In this document: piece after piece, positions 26,450 through 36,163 of the stretch
Numbering within the stretch: the first letter of the stretch is position 1
Layout: the number at the start of each line of letters is the position of its first letter
Assembly (NCBI GenBank): GCA_965116925.1
Contig: OZ220744.1
Span: 5,632,001 to 5,696,000 of the forward strand
Direction: 5' to 3'
Source of the DNA: Candidatus Poribacteria bacterium
GTDB taxonomy: Bacteria; Poribacteria; WGA-4E; PCPOR2b
Length of the DNA: 64,000 nt
Made by a program: the position numbers and the translations under genes
The notes under the pieces: generated by a model
What the model was told of the DNA's origin: nothing
The model's database searches: none
The model's input: only the letters and a program-made list of their open reading frames with translations

Positions 26450-26479
26450 AAGACACACCTTTGAGATTTTTTCTAGCAC
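26450..26479 (-). promoter_or_regulatory. Putative ECF promoter GTGCTA-N17-GTGTCTT
   Basis: Heads the array. Confidence 0.7.
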
Positions 26480-26890
26480 TTTTTTATGTGGTAGCCCTTC
26501 ACTAAAGTGTGGTAGGGTCATTTAATTCTCCCATATTATTGCTGAATCACGGATAGACGCGGATTAACAGATTACAGGGATAAAAGATGCTATCGACAGT
26601 TGGCACAAGAACGCGCAATGAACGCGCTACTACAAACTGTGGGGAGACCGGCTGCGCCGCCTGCGGATTCGTGTCATTCCGAAATCGCTCAAAAAATGGA
26701 AAACTAAATAGCCCTAAAAGTGTGGAGTTATGACTTGACAATCAGGGGATCCACTGACTACCTTTATGTATCCCAACAATAAGGAGAGTCAGCACATGGA
26801 TCCCCAACAGAATCTTGCCTAAGAAGCCGTTGCAATTAACAGCGGGACTATGGTTTCAAACGATAAACGCAATTATCAGGTCTAAAAATT

Positions 26891-27556
26891 CTAATTGGCA
26901 TAGTCTAGCACATAGATCTGATTTGTCTGGGGCAGATCTGATTTACTCACCTCAATCTGTGATTGACCCTGATAATGGACAACTTCCGCCGGAAAGCGTG
27001 CGGTGAAATCATCTACAGGCAAGATTCGAGTGAGCGTGACTTTGTCGGTTAGGTAGTGCATCGGAATCGTCACCTTTGGCTGAATCGCATCAATGACTTC
27101 ATCAAGATCGTTCAGTTCAATAGTTGGAGGACCGCCTGTTAGCACAAGCAGGATATCGACGCCCTTGAAAAATTCGAGTTGTGTCTCGCTCAGAGGGTTT
27201 CCCACATCGCCCATGTGCCCGATTTCGATGCCCTCAACGCCAAATCGATACATTGCATTCTGATCCGGATCGCTTTTATGTACTATGCTCTCCATAGCCG
27301 GCACAGATAAGAAGCGAATCCCTTTGACCTCCGCACCGGTTTCTGTAATATCGAGCGCATTAATCACGATAGGATCGCCCGCCACCATATCCGCACAACT
27401 GTGAAACCGGTCAGTCGCTGAGCTCATAATCACGATATCCACCGGTTCGTCGATCGGGTCATAGCCAGCGACTTCGGGGGTATACGGATCGGTTACAATT
27501 CGAGTCCCGTTTCCTTCTAGCAAAAACGTAGCGTGTCCACACCATCTGATTTTCAT
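26891..27556 (-). CDS. MBL-fold metallo-hydrolase (Lactamase_B_3-like)
   Basis: MKIRWCGHATF, TDPY, HMGD, IPMHY motifs. Confidence 0.85.
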   Translation of the reverse strand: MKIRWCGHATFLLEGNGTRIVTDPYTPEVAGYDPIDEPVDIVIMSSATDRFHSCADMVAGDPIVINALDITETGAEVKGIRFLSVPAMESIVHKSDPDQNAMYRFGVEGIEIGHMGDVGNPLSETQLEFFKGVDILLVLTGGPPTIELNDLDEVIDAIQPKVTIPMHYLTDKVTLTRILPVDDFTARFPAEVVHYQGQSQIEVSKSDLPQTNQIYVLDYAN

Positions 27557-27603
27557 AATAATTCCCTCCTGTTACCAACGGTTATGCAACCTGTTTCAAA
27601 AAT

Positions 27604-27734
27604 GACTCATGTTAAGAGATCGTGCAATAGAATTAGGACTTCATACCTCGACTGCACCAATGAACAAATTATTTTCACGTTTCACGCATCACGTTTCACG
27701 CTTTTGCACCCTGTACTTTCTTTTGGCATGAGGC
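27604..27734. mobile_element. Degenerate MITE-like element (GGCTCATG TIR family) with different cargo
   Basis: GACTCATGTTAAGAGATCGTGCAA ... ACTTTCTTTTGGCATGAGGC; internal (TTTCACG)n repeats; TSD eroded. Confidence 0.55.
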
Positions 27735-27760
27735 TTAGGATTTTTCCCACCATGTTTCCC

Positions 27761-29581
27761 TTATCGTTCGATAATAGGTAAAACTACGTGCGACGGGTGC
27801 CCAGGCTCATGATAAATCGTCTGCTCTGCAATCTCAAGCCGCCGCTCAACCCCCAAATCACCACCCGTGTTCGGATTCACATCAAAGCGAGGCCAATTGC
27901 TGCTGGAAATATCTAAGCGAATTCGGTGCCCCTTCTTGAAAATGTTGGAGGTTGGATAAAGTTCAAAGACAAACTCGTAGACCTTCCCCGGCTCTAGTAA
28001 CTCTGGAGTGTCCCAACCATTTCGGTAACGCGCACGGATAATGGAGTCTGTCAGGTTGATAGCGAGCCCATCAGGATAATCATCGCTCAATGGACAGACA
28101 TCAATCAGTTTGGCTGTAAAGTCGGTATCGTGGGCAGATGATGAGGCGTGGAGTTTGACCGTAATTGGTCCCGTAACCTCCACATCGCTCTCCAACGGAG
28201 GCGTCTGGAACGTCAGCACATCGCTGCGGGCATTGAGGGGAAGGGTGTCTTGGCAACCAAAGAATCTTGAGTTCCCACGTTGATCAAACGCGCCAGCACC
28301 CATGATCGGATCTGCAGCGGAGATGCCGCCACCAATGGTTGGGACGGGATCTCGCGGATCAAAGCTAAAGCGACTTGTCGATTCGTCTACCGTTGGTAGC
28401 GTGGTGGACAGATCGCCATCAGCATGAAGATAGTAGGGCGTGAATTGGGTATCGGGCAGGGGAAAGTCCTGCTCATCGCGCCAGTGGCCGCTGTGATGGA
28501 GGCGTCCCTGATAGTTAGGGATCCCTTCGCCGGTGCCCATCACAAAAATCTTGACCGGGGACCAGTCGGAAACCTCCGTGTGCATCCCTTTGAGGAAATG
28601 ATCGAACCACGCCAACCGCAGGTCATTGTAATTGATGAAGGAGTGATTCCCGAAATCAACATCACCTGCATTCGTCACACCCCAGCCACCATGCGTCCAC
28701 GGTCCCATCATAAGTACCTGCCGTGATTTTTTCATCTTGCTGAGCGCGGTATAATTCTCGCATGTTGCCCGTGCATACGAGTCATACCACCCACCGAGGT
28801 AGAGCGTCGGCACATCAGCGTGTTCTTCGTAATACTGGGAGATGGCGTACCCACGTTGCTTCCAATAGTCATCATATTCTCCGTGAGTGAATAGATCGAT
28901 CACCCACTGTTCGTAATTCGGCAGCATCCGTAGTGGCGACGTGCCTTTCTTGAGCGGCGCACGGGACACCCATTCGCCCACGTTTGCAAACGCCCTGTCA
29001 ACCGCAGCTTTGATATTAGCATCAGCAAACGCTTCCTTGCTGGTGGTCGCCATGCGGAAGGCGTAGATCATGAACCGTTGTTCAAGGGCCCCGTTTTGTC
29101 GCATCGAACAGTGATAGTAATTCGACGCACCGACGGCGACGATCATCGTCGAAAGATGTGGTGGGTTGAGCGTTGCTAACGCGGACTGGTCACTGCCGCA
29201 ATACGACGCGCCCATCGTGCCGACCTGTCCATCACTCCACTCTTGGGCGGCGAGCCATTCCACCGTATCGTAACCATCGGGGGCTTCTTTGGCGAAGGGA
29301 TACCACTCCCCCTCGCTGACGAATCTGCCTCGGACATCCTGAATCGCGCAGACGTAGCCGCGCCGGGCGTAGTAGGTCCCATTCGTCACATTTCCCGATC
29401 CCGCCTTGTCGTAGGGGGTACGTTCTAAGATGACCGGAAATTTTCCTGACGCTGGCTGACCATTCAGTGAAGGCAAGTAGATATCGGTTGCTAAGCGGAC
29501 ACCATCGCGCATCGGAATCATCACGTTGGACTGGCAAATCGCATCGTACTGCTGGTATGAACCTTGATATGATTCGGGCAT
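27761..29581 (-). CDS. CocE/NonD family hydrolase
   Basis: MRDGVRLATDIY, RTPY, QDVRGRF.SEG, GASY nucleophile elbow, GPWTHG. Confidence 0.92.
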   Translation of the reverse strand: MPESYQGSYQQYDAICQSNVMIPMRDGVRLATDIYLPSLNGQPASGKFPVILERTPYDKAGSGNVTNGTYYARRGYVCAIQDVRGRFVSEGEWYPFAKEAPDGYDTVEWLAAQEWSDGQVGTMGASYCGSDQSALATLNPPHLSTMIVAVGASNYYHCSMRQNGALEQRFMIYAFRMATTSKEAFADANIKAAVDRAFANVGEWVSRAPLKKGTSPLRMLPNYEQWVIDLFTHGEYDDYWKQRGYAISQYYEEHADVPTLYLGGWYDSYARATCENYTALSKMKKSRQVLMMGPWTHGGWGVTNAGDVDFGNHSFINYNDLRLAWFDHFLKGMHTEVSDWSPVKIFVMGTGEGIPNYQGRLHHSGHWRDEQDFPLPDTQFTPYYLHADGDLSTTLPTVDESTSRFSFDPRDPVPTIGGGISAADPIMGAGAFDQRGNSRFFGCQDTLPLNARSDVLTFQTPPLESDVEVTGPITVKLHASSSAHDTDFTAKLIDVCPLSDDYPDGLAINLTDSIIRARYRNGWDTPELLEPGKVYEFVFELYPTSNIFKKGHRIRLDISSSNWPRFDVNPNTGGDLGVERRLEIAEQTIYHEPGHPSHVVLPIIER

Positions 29582-29786
29582 GGGCTCTCTCCTCAAAAAA
29601 GGCGTGTATAGAGGTATCGGTAAACTCTAATTGTAAGGGGTGCGTTTAACCTACTATCCTAACAGACAAATGGGTGTGCTGCAACAAAAATTCAATATTT
29701 CCTTATTGACATCAGTTCTCAAGTAGGATAATCTAAATGTTGTCCATCTTTTATCTTAGAGCTCGACGACATTTGGAGGAAATACA

Positions 29787-30626
29787 ATGAACACACCACG
29801 TATCGATGACCGTGACTGGTCAGCCTTGACGCTTGGCGAGCAAATTCGCCAGATCGAAGTTGAAGGCTATCTCTTACTACCTGACCTACTATCTCCTGAC
29901 CACGTCGATCGACTCAAGTCGGAGACTGCGAAGTTGGAAACTACACCGGTGGATTACAGCGTACATCAGCGGGGCTGTCCGAACCTCCAATTTAGAGGTG
30001 GGGCTATCACAGAGCTGCTTGCCCATCCCCCAACGCTGTCATTCTTGGGAGAACTTTTTGGCGACGAAATCATCATGATGAGCTACGGCTACGCCCGTTC
30101 CGAGCCAGGACATCCGGGCATCAGTCTGCATACAGACGGACAGCCCTACGGCTCCCAAATTTTCGGTTACGACGGCAGCGTTCCGTTTATGGTCCGGGTG
30201 CTATATTACCTCGACGATCTCACCCCGGAGGTTTCGCCGTTCCGTGTCATCCCGCGATCCCATCTCTCGATGCACGCCGATGCGAATCCCTACAAACGTT
30301 TTGAATCGCACCCCGAAGAGGTGATGGTCCCTGCGAAAGCAGGTTCAGCGGTACTGATTAACCACAAGGTTTTTCACGGGAACTATCCTAATGTTGGTGA
30401 CTATCCCCGTGAAATGCTCGCTATCGCTTACCGTCCGGGCTGGGCAGGGCCCCAAGACAAAGTATCAACTTGGGAGGATGAAGATCTATCGAAATTGCCA
30501 AATTCCGTCAGACCGCTATTCGGTGACCGTAACACCCGTCACTGGGATTATCACGGTGGCAACAAACCGCCAAACATGAAAAAAGAAGCGCCGGGAATGA
30601 ACCCAAGTCGGTGGGAGCGTGCGTAG
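29787..30626 (+). CDS. Phytanoyl-CoA dioxygenase (PhyH) family Fe/2OG dioxygenase
   Basis: HTD...IPRSH...HG..N facial-triad pattern; GGAGG RBS. Confidence 0.85.
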   Translation: MNTPRIDDRDWSALTLGEQIRQIEVEGYLLLPDLLSPDHVDRLKSETAKLETTPVDYSVHQRGCPNLQFRGGAITELLAHPPTLSFLGELFGDEIIMMSYGYARSEPGHPGISLHTDGQPYGSQIFGYDGSVPFMVRVLYYLDDLTPEVSPFRVIPRSHLSMHADANPYKRFESHPEEVMVPAKAGSAVLINHKVFHGNYPNVGDYPREMLAIAYRPGWAGPQDKVSTWEDEDLSKLPNSVRPLFGDRNTRHWDYHGGNKPPNMKKEAPGMNPSRWERA

Positions 30627-30668
30627 GAGAGTGTAGAACAGATTAAAACAGAAAGAAAGGGTAAACTC

Positions 30669-31655
30669 ATGGCAAACATCCACATTCCAAAAACTTGGGA
30701 AATCTCAGAGCAAGAAGTTACGCCGGAAGCCGCTTTTATCAATCGGCGGCGATTCTTGAGAACGCTTGCCGGTGCCGGTTTGAGCATCGCCGGCGGATCC
30801 ATGCTCAGTTATGCAACCGAAGCGGAGGCAAAGAAACCGGAACTAATAGACCCGAATCTGATGAAATTTGAATCGGTCGAACGAAATCCGGCCTTTATGA
30901 AGGTTGACCGCCCCATCACCGACAGAGATGTTGCGGCCAAGTATAACAATTTCTATGAATTCGGCGGCTCAAAATCGATCTGGGAAGCGGCGCAGGCGTT
31001 GCCGACCGAAAATTGGAAGGTAGAGGTCACCGGCTTAGTCCGTAATCCTCGCACCTATGACTTGGATGACCTCAAGAAAAAATTTCCCCTTGAAGAGCGG
31101 GTCTATCGCTTCCGTTGTGTTGAGGCGTGGGCGATGGTTGTTCCGTGGCTCGGTTTTACGATGAAACACATCATTGACGATGTTGAGCCGACCTCTGAGG
31201 CGAGATTTGTTCGCTTCATCTCGTATTACAACCGGCAGATTAACAAAGGACCAGGACGTCGTACGTCTCATCCTTGGCCCTATACAGAGGGGCTCCGCAC
31301 CGACGAAATGGCAAACGAATTGGCGTTTTTTGCCATCGGCATCTACGGTCACGAACTTCCAAAGCAGCACGGTGCCCCCATCCGCCAAGTCATACCGTGG
31401 AAGTATGGGTTCAAAGGTGCTAAGTCTATCGTAAAAATTGAATTTCTCAACTATCAACCGAAGACGTTCTGGAATGAACTTCAACCGCACGAATACGGGT
31501 TTGAGGCGAATGTCGAGCCCGACGTACCACACCCACGATGGTCACAAGCCTCCGAACGGATGATTGGTTCCGGCCCGGCCTTCATGTGGAAAAGACGCGA
31601 TACGCTGCTCTACAACGGTTACGCCGAACAGGTTGCACATCTTTACGATCGATAA
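30669..31655 (+). CDS. msrP: Periplasmic methionine-sulfoxide reductase catalytic subunit (Mo cofactor)
   Basis: Tat motif NRRRFL; YNNFYEFG; RFRCVEAW; PWKYGFKG.KSIVKI; HPRWSQA. Confidence 0.93.
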   Translation: MANIHIPKTWEISEQEVTPEAAFINRRRFLRTLAGAGLSIAGGSMLSYATEAEAKKPELIDPNLMKFESVERNPAFMKVDRPITDRDVAAKYNNFYEFGGSKSIWEAAQALPTENWKVEVTGLVRNPRTYDLDDLKKKFPLEERVYRFRCVEAWAMVVPWLGFTMKHIIDDVEPTSEARFVRFISYYNRQINKGPGRRTSHPWPYTEGLRTDEMANELAFFAIGIYGHELPKQHGAPIRQVIPWKYGFKGAKSIVKIEFLNYQPKTFWNELQPHEYGFEANVEPDVPHPRWSQASERMIGSGPAFMWKRRDTLLYNGYAEQVAHLYDR

Positions 31656-31731
31656 TGCGCTGCGAATCGCGAATTCCCGGCAATCGAAAAATTACAAAAT
31701 GTAAAACGTGCGGAGTTATGTGCTTCAGATT

Positions 31732-31759
31732 GTAGGGAACGCAGATCTGCGTTCCCTAC
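31732..31759. repeat. Perfect 28-bp GTAG-type palindrome between convergent genes (possible bidirectional terminator)
   Basis: GTAGGGAACGCAGATCTGCGTTCCCTAC. Confidence 0.75.
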
Positions 31760-31817
31760 CAGTTGTGCAAGTCCAAAAAAATGTAAAATGTAAGAACGTT
31801 TTAGTGCTTGCTCATCT

Positions 31818-33062
31818 TCAGATCAGTTCCGCAACCCGAGTCGCAACCTTCCGAAAGGCTTCGATGTACTGGTCTAACAGTGCCTTGTTGGGTCTGGAGA
31901 AGACCGGAATAGTAAATAGGTCTTCGCGTGGGTTCTCAGAAACGGGCAGGTCTCCATCCTGATATGTCACTTCCCGTTGATTTTCAGGACGAGTGAAAGC
32001 CGGATGATCCTGCTCTTGGAACACTGCTGATAGGTGATCGCTGCCTCCCGGTGCGCCGCTACTCACGTTCGCGCCTTCTGCCCGTAACGCTTCGATGAAT
32101 TTCTCTTTCGACAATCCGCCAAGTTCTTCGGACGCGTAGCGGACATAGGGACGGCTATAGTAGCCGCGGAAGTTATCGGCTGCAGGCTTGATTGGATAGA
32201 GTCCCGGACACTCTGCAATACCGTCCATCAGATACATCACATTGTCATCACGGCATTTGTTACGCTCATTGAGATGTCGGAGTTGGACACGCGCAATAGC
32301 GGCGGAAATTGGGGCGATACGGTATTTGTATCCGAAGCAGGTCCGAGCATATTTGTGATACTTCTCTTCGGGAAGATCGCGAATCCGTTCATAGTGTCCG
32401 AGACAGATTGCCCGCTCGTAATATTCCAGATTATCTGTGATCATCACCCCACCTTCGCCGCTCGGCAAGAGTTTTCCTCCCTGCATACTGAAACAACCTA
32501 CATCTCCGATGGTCCCGACCTTTTTGCCTTTATAAGTGGCACCGTGAGCGTGTGAACAGTCTTCGATTACGAAGATATTGTGACGCTTTGCAATTTCCAT
32601 AATGGCGTCCATCTCCGCCGGCATCCCACCGAGATGGACAACAATAATCGCTTTCGTGTGACGGGAGATCCGCCGCTCAATATCTTCTGGGGCAGCGCAA
32701 CCGGTGAACGGATCAATATCGCAGAAGACCGGAATCGCCTGACAGGAGAGGATGGGCATATACGTCCCCCAAAATGTTGCAGCAGGCGTGATAACTTCAT
32801 CGCCGGGGCCCACGCCAATCCCGAACAACGCCCCATGAATCGAAGCGGTTCCGTTGTTGTGCGCTAAGGCATATTTGACACCGTGATAAGCGGCAAATTC
32901 CTCCTCGAACTTGTAAATCGTATCTGAGAACGAGATCTCCCCGCTCTGCAATTGGTTGACGACAGCTTCGGTAACTTCATCATCAATAATGGGCCACTCC
33001 GAAGCCTCACTTTGGTCTAAGGTGATGGCTCTATCACCACCCTGAATCGCTAATTTACTCAT
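31818..33062 (-). CDS. DegT/DnrJ/EryC1/StrS family PLP aminotransferase
   Basis: GVGPGDEVI, IEDCSHAHGA, FSMQGGKLLPSGEGG. Confidence 0.92.
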   Translation of the reverse strand: MSKLAIQGGDRAITLDQSEASEWPIIDDEVTEAVVNQLQSGEISFSDTIYKFEEEFAAYHGVKYALAHNNGTASIHGALFGIGVGPGDEVITPAATFWGTYMPILSCQAIPVFCDIDPFTGCAAPEDIERRISRHTKAIIVVHLGGMPAEMDAIMEIAKRHNIFVIEDCSHAHGATYKGKKVGTIGDVGCFSMQGGKLLPSGEGGVMITDNLEYYERAICLGHYERIRDLPEEKYHKYARTCFGYKYRIAPISAAIARVQLRHLNERNKCRDDNVMYLMDGIAECPGLYPIKPAADNFRGYYSRPYVRYASEELGGLSKEKFIEALRAEGANVSSGAPGGSDHLSAVFQEQDHPAFTRPENQREVTYQDGDLPVSENPREDLFTIPVFSRPNKALLDQYIEAFRKVATRVAELI

Positions 33063-33251
33063 GGTCTCCTCCCTCACTACGTCTTTTGGTTCTCAGTTTA
33101 GCACTAAGTCCAATAGGGATCAATATCAAAAAAACGAACCTGCGATCTGATGATCTGCTACAAATATGCGTCATTATAAATAGAAAAACACGATTCAAGG
33201 CTTTAACAGAGCGAGATTCTAAGGCTTGATAATTGTACCGGGGGATAGAGA

Positions 33252-36020
33252 ATGGCACTTCATGACGCTGAGTTGATTCAACGCACGCTAGATGGAGACG
33301 AATCCGCATTCGGGTTTCTGGTGGACAAGTACAAAGGATCTGTCCACGCCTTGGCGTACCGTAAGCTCGGCGATTTCCACACCGCCGAAGAAATCACGCA
33401 GGATACCTTCCTCAAGGCGTACCAGAAACTATCGACGCTCAAAGATCCGGGGCGTTTCCCCGGCTGGCTCTACGTGATTGCCGCACGGTGCTGTATCTCT
33501 TGGTTTCGTCAAAATCGCGTGCAAACCGAATCACTCGATAGCGTTAAGGGAGAGATGGATACACAGTCGTGGACGAAATATATCGATACACGGCTCCGTG
33601 AGGAGGTGCACAATGCGCTCGAAAGTCTCCCCGAAAGTGAGCGAACTGTCTTAACGCTTTACTATATGGCGGGAATGACCAGCGAGGAGATTGGACGGTT
33701 CATCGGTACATCATGCGGTGCCATCAGAGACCGACTCTATCGCGCCAGGATGCACTTAAAGGAGGAATTAACGATGATTGAAGAAACCTTGGGCGGCTTC
33801 CAACTGCCACCAACTTTGACACAAGAGATTATGCGTCGAATCCCCAACGGCTCGCTGAACCCTACACCAACAACAAGCAAACCACTTGCGCCGTGGATTG
33901 TTGCGACCTCGTTGGTTGTAGTTACGTTGTTTATCGGCTTGGGAATTAAACAGGCTACGACATTTCAGCTGCCTTACAGTTTTGATGCGCCTGAATCAGC
34001 CACAATGGTTGAAATTGTTGATGCCCCGATAATCAACATGCCACTATCGACGTTCTCGCCGGTTAGTCGGACAGGAGGGTTGAGTGAAGGAGAATCGGGC
34101 AATGGAAATCGGGAAAATGATTCGGAGCAGGGAACTGTTGCAGATTTGCAGAACGATATAGCATCAGATAATAGTGGCTGGACGCAGACAAACGGACCTT
34201 ACGGTGGAACAATTACAGCCCTGCACGCGACACCAGAAGGAGTACTCTTCGCTGGAACAGAGATAGGCATTTTCCGTTCAGCGGACAGCGGCAAAACATG
34301 GACTCCTGCCAACGAAGGGTTGTGGGTTTCTCCAGACAATATTCTTCCCAACATCCTTGTGCTAACACAGGAGGGAAATACTCTCTACGCCGGTACAAAC
34401 GGTGCCCTTTTCTATTCAACCAACGGCGGCGACTCGTGGCAACAGTTGACTCCCTTTCAGGACGAATTTGGTATTTCGGGAGTTGTAATCATTGACGATA
34501 CGGTTTACATTGGACGAAGTTCACAGGAGAGCGTGTTCTTTTCTAATGATAACGGCAAGTCGTGGACACAAATTGATAACGGCTTGACTGGCCGAGGGGG
34601 CCCCAAGCTGTTTGCGGTTGGAACGACGCTTTTCGCACAAATGCGACGTCGTGTTTTCCGGCTCAAAGCCGGCGAGAATTCATGGACAAAACTCACCATC
34701 GCGGATCCGTGGACAAAAACTACCGTTGAGTCAGATATTACGAAGTTTGCTGTCTCTGGTAAGGCTATCTACGCAGCAACAGCCGATGGTGAACTTGTCC
34801 GCTCAACGGATATGGGCAATTTCTGGAGATCAATCAAACCCAAATTAATGCAGCATTTCGACGGCGAGTTAGCAGTAGTAGAAAACACGGTGTTCTACAT
34901 CGGTTCAGGCTCTGCTGATGGTCGGGTGTTTCGCTCGAATGATGCCGGTAACTCATGGAGGCTGTTCAACACCAGTTTGATTAATAAAACCATCCTCTCC
35001 GTAGAGACTTTATCTGAGAATATGCTTTACGCCGGCACCTATGAGGGGATTTTCCGCTCAATGGATAGTGGGGAATCGTGGGCGAAAACCAACACCGGCA
35101 TCATCAATACATATATTAAGGATCTCGTGTTTTTCAGAAGCGCGCTTTACACGATAATCAGAGGCGATGGTATCTGCAAATCAGCGGATGGTGGGAATTC
35201 GTGGGTGCCGGTGAATGACGGATTGGTTGCTAGCGATGGAGGGACGCTGACGATTTCGGAAGGAAAACTCTATGCAGCGACGAACGAAACCTACTATGGC
35301 AGCCAAAACTTATCAACTGCCGGAGTTTATCGCTTAGCAGATGATGGAAACTCATGGGTGCCGATTCAGACAAACATGCAGTCTGTCAATGACAGGATCT
35401 ACGCCGTTAATCAATTGATAGTTAGCGGAGAAACGTTCTACGTCGTTGGACAGATGGGCGATGGAACGCGGCTTTACCGCTGGAGAGTAGGGGAAGACCT
35501 GTGGACACAGCTCAGACCACAAGATTTGGGTTGGCAACCGTCAGCTGTGTCAGCAGGCCACACTGTTTACATCAGCTCAATGAATCGGAAGCTGTTGCGT
35601 TCCGTTGACGAAGGCGATTCGTGGACGGATGTGAGTCAAAATTTACCAAATTGGAAGCAGCGATTTGAACAGACTTTCCGAACTAATCTCTATAATCTAG
35701 TCTTCGTTGGTGAGACAATTTATGCAAAGTCCGGTGATGGGGTTTTTCGCTCAAGGGATGGCGGCGAAACATGGAGATCAATCGCCGCCGGATTGCCTGA
35801 TAGTAGCATTGATCTGCAGCTTGTTGATGGCACAACGCTCTATGGGACAAACTCTCATGAGATTTTCCGCCTGACGAACAGATCGGATTCATGGGAGAAA
35901 CTTGCTTCAGTGTGGCCGATTGTGCCCTCAACGTATGTCACGGCGTTGGCACTTGATGGAACAACGCTCTACATTGGCACCGAGGCAGAGGGAGTATACC
36001 GGTTTTCGCTGGATGAGTAA
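33252..36020 (+). CDS. ECF sigma factor fused to TM helix and BNR/Asp-box beta-propeller domains
   Basis: sigma2/sigma4 in residues 1-170; TM PWIVATSLVVVTLFIGLGI; repeated S.DGG.SW. Confidence 0.88.
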   Translation: MALHDAELIQRTLDGDESAFGFLVDKYKGSVHALAYRKLGDFHTAEEITQDTFLKAYQKLSTLKDPGRFPGWLYVIAARCCISWFRQNRVQTESLDSVKGEMDTQSWTKYIDTRLREEVHNALESLPESERTVLTLYYMAGMTSEEIGRFIGTSCGAIRDRLYRARMHLKEELTMIEETLGGFQLPPTLTQEIMRRIPNGSLNPTPTTSKPLAPWIVATSLVVVTLFIGLGIKQATTFQLPYSFDAPESATMVEIVDAPIINMPLSTFSPVSRTGGLSEGESGNGNRENDSEQGTVADLQNDIASDNSGWTQTNGPYGGTITALHATPEGVLFAGTEIGIFRSADSGKTWTPANEGLWVSPDNILPNILVLTQEGNTLYAGTNGALFYSTNGGDSWQQLTPFQDEFGISGVVIIDDTVYIGRSSQESVFFSNDNGKSWTQIDNGLTGRGGPKLFAVGTTLFAQMRRRVFRLKAGENSWTKLTIADPWTKTTVESDITKFAVSGKAIYAATADGELVRSTDMGNFWRSIKPKLMQHFDGELAVVENTVFYIGSGSADGRVFRSNDAGNSWRLFNTSLINKTILSVETLSENMLYAGTYEGIFRSMDSGESWAKTNTGIINTYIKDLVFFRSALYTIIRGDGICKSADGGNSWVPVNDGLVASDGGTLTISEGKLYAATNETYYGSQNLSTAGVYRLADDGNSWVPIQTNMQSVNDRIYAVNQLIVSGETFYVVGQMGDGTRLYRWRVGEDLWTQLRPQDLGWQPSAVSAGHTVYISSMNRKLLRSVDEGDSWTDVSQNLPNWKQRFEQTFRTNLYNLVFVGETIYAKSGDGVFRSRDGGETWRSIAAGLPDSSIDLQLVDGTTLYGTNSHEIFRLTNRSDSWEKLASVWPIVPSTYVTALALDGTTLYIGTEAEGVYRFSLDE

Positions 36021-36071
36021 GCCGAGTGCCATATCTCTACCTGTTCCAAGTTGATAATCTCCATCGTTTCA

Positions 36072-36100
36072 GTGCCCATTTTCACAGCATAGATGTATCT
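36072..36100 (+). promoter_or_regulatory. Possible ECF promoter GTGCCC-N17-GTATCT
   Basis: Resembles the array motif; 63 bp upstream of ATG 36164. Confidence 0.4.
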
Positions 36101-36163
36101 CTTGGCTCCGGCAAAACCGCCTACAAACTGAATCATTCGATAACATCAAGGGGAAGATGGAGA

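Noticed and set aside
26815..27006. attC-like 'GCCTAAGAAGCCGTTGCAATTAAC' and the 63-aa ORF
   Set aside because: Lacks the AAC core and a matching GTT end; no integrase present; the ORF overlaps the MBL gene antisense.
36026..36163. N-terminal extension of ORF 36026..38530
   Set aside because: Paralog alignment places the start at ATG 36164.
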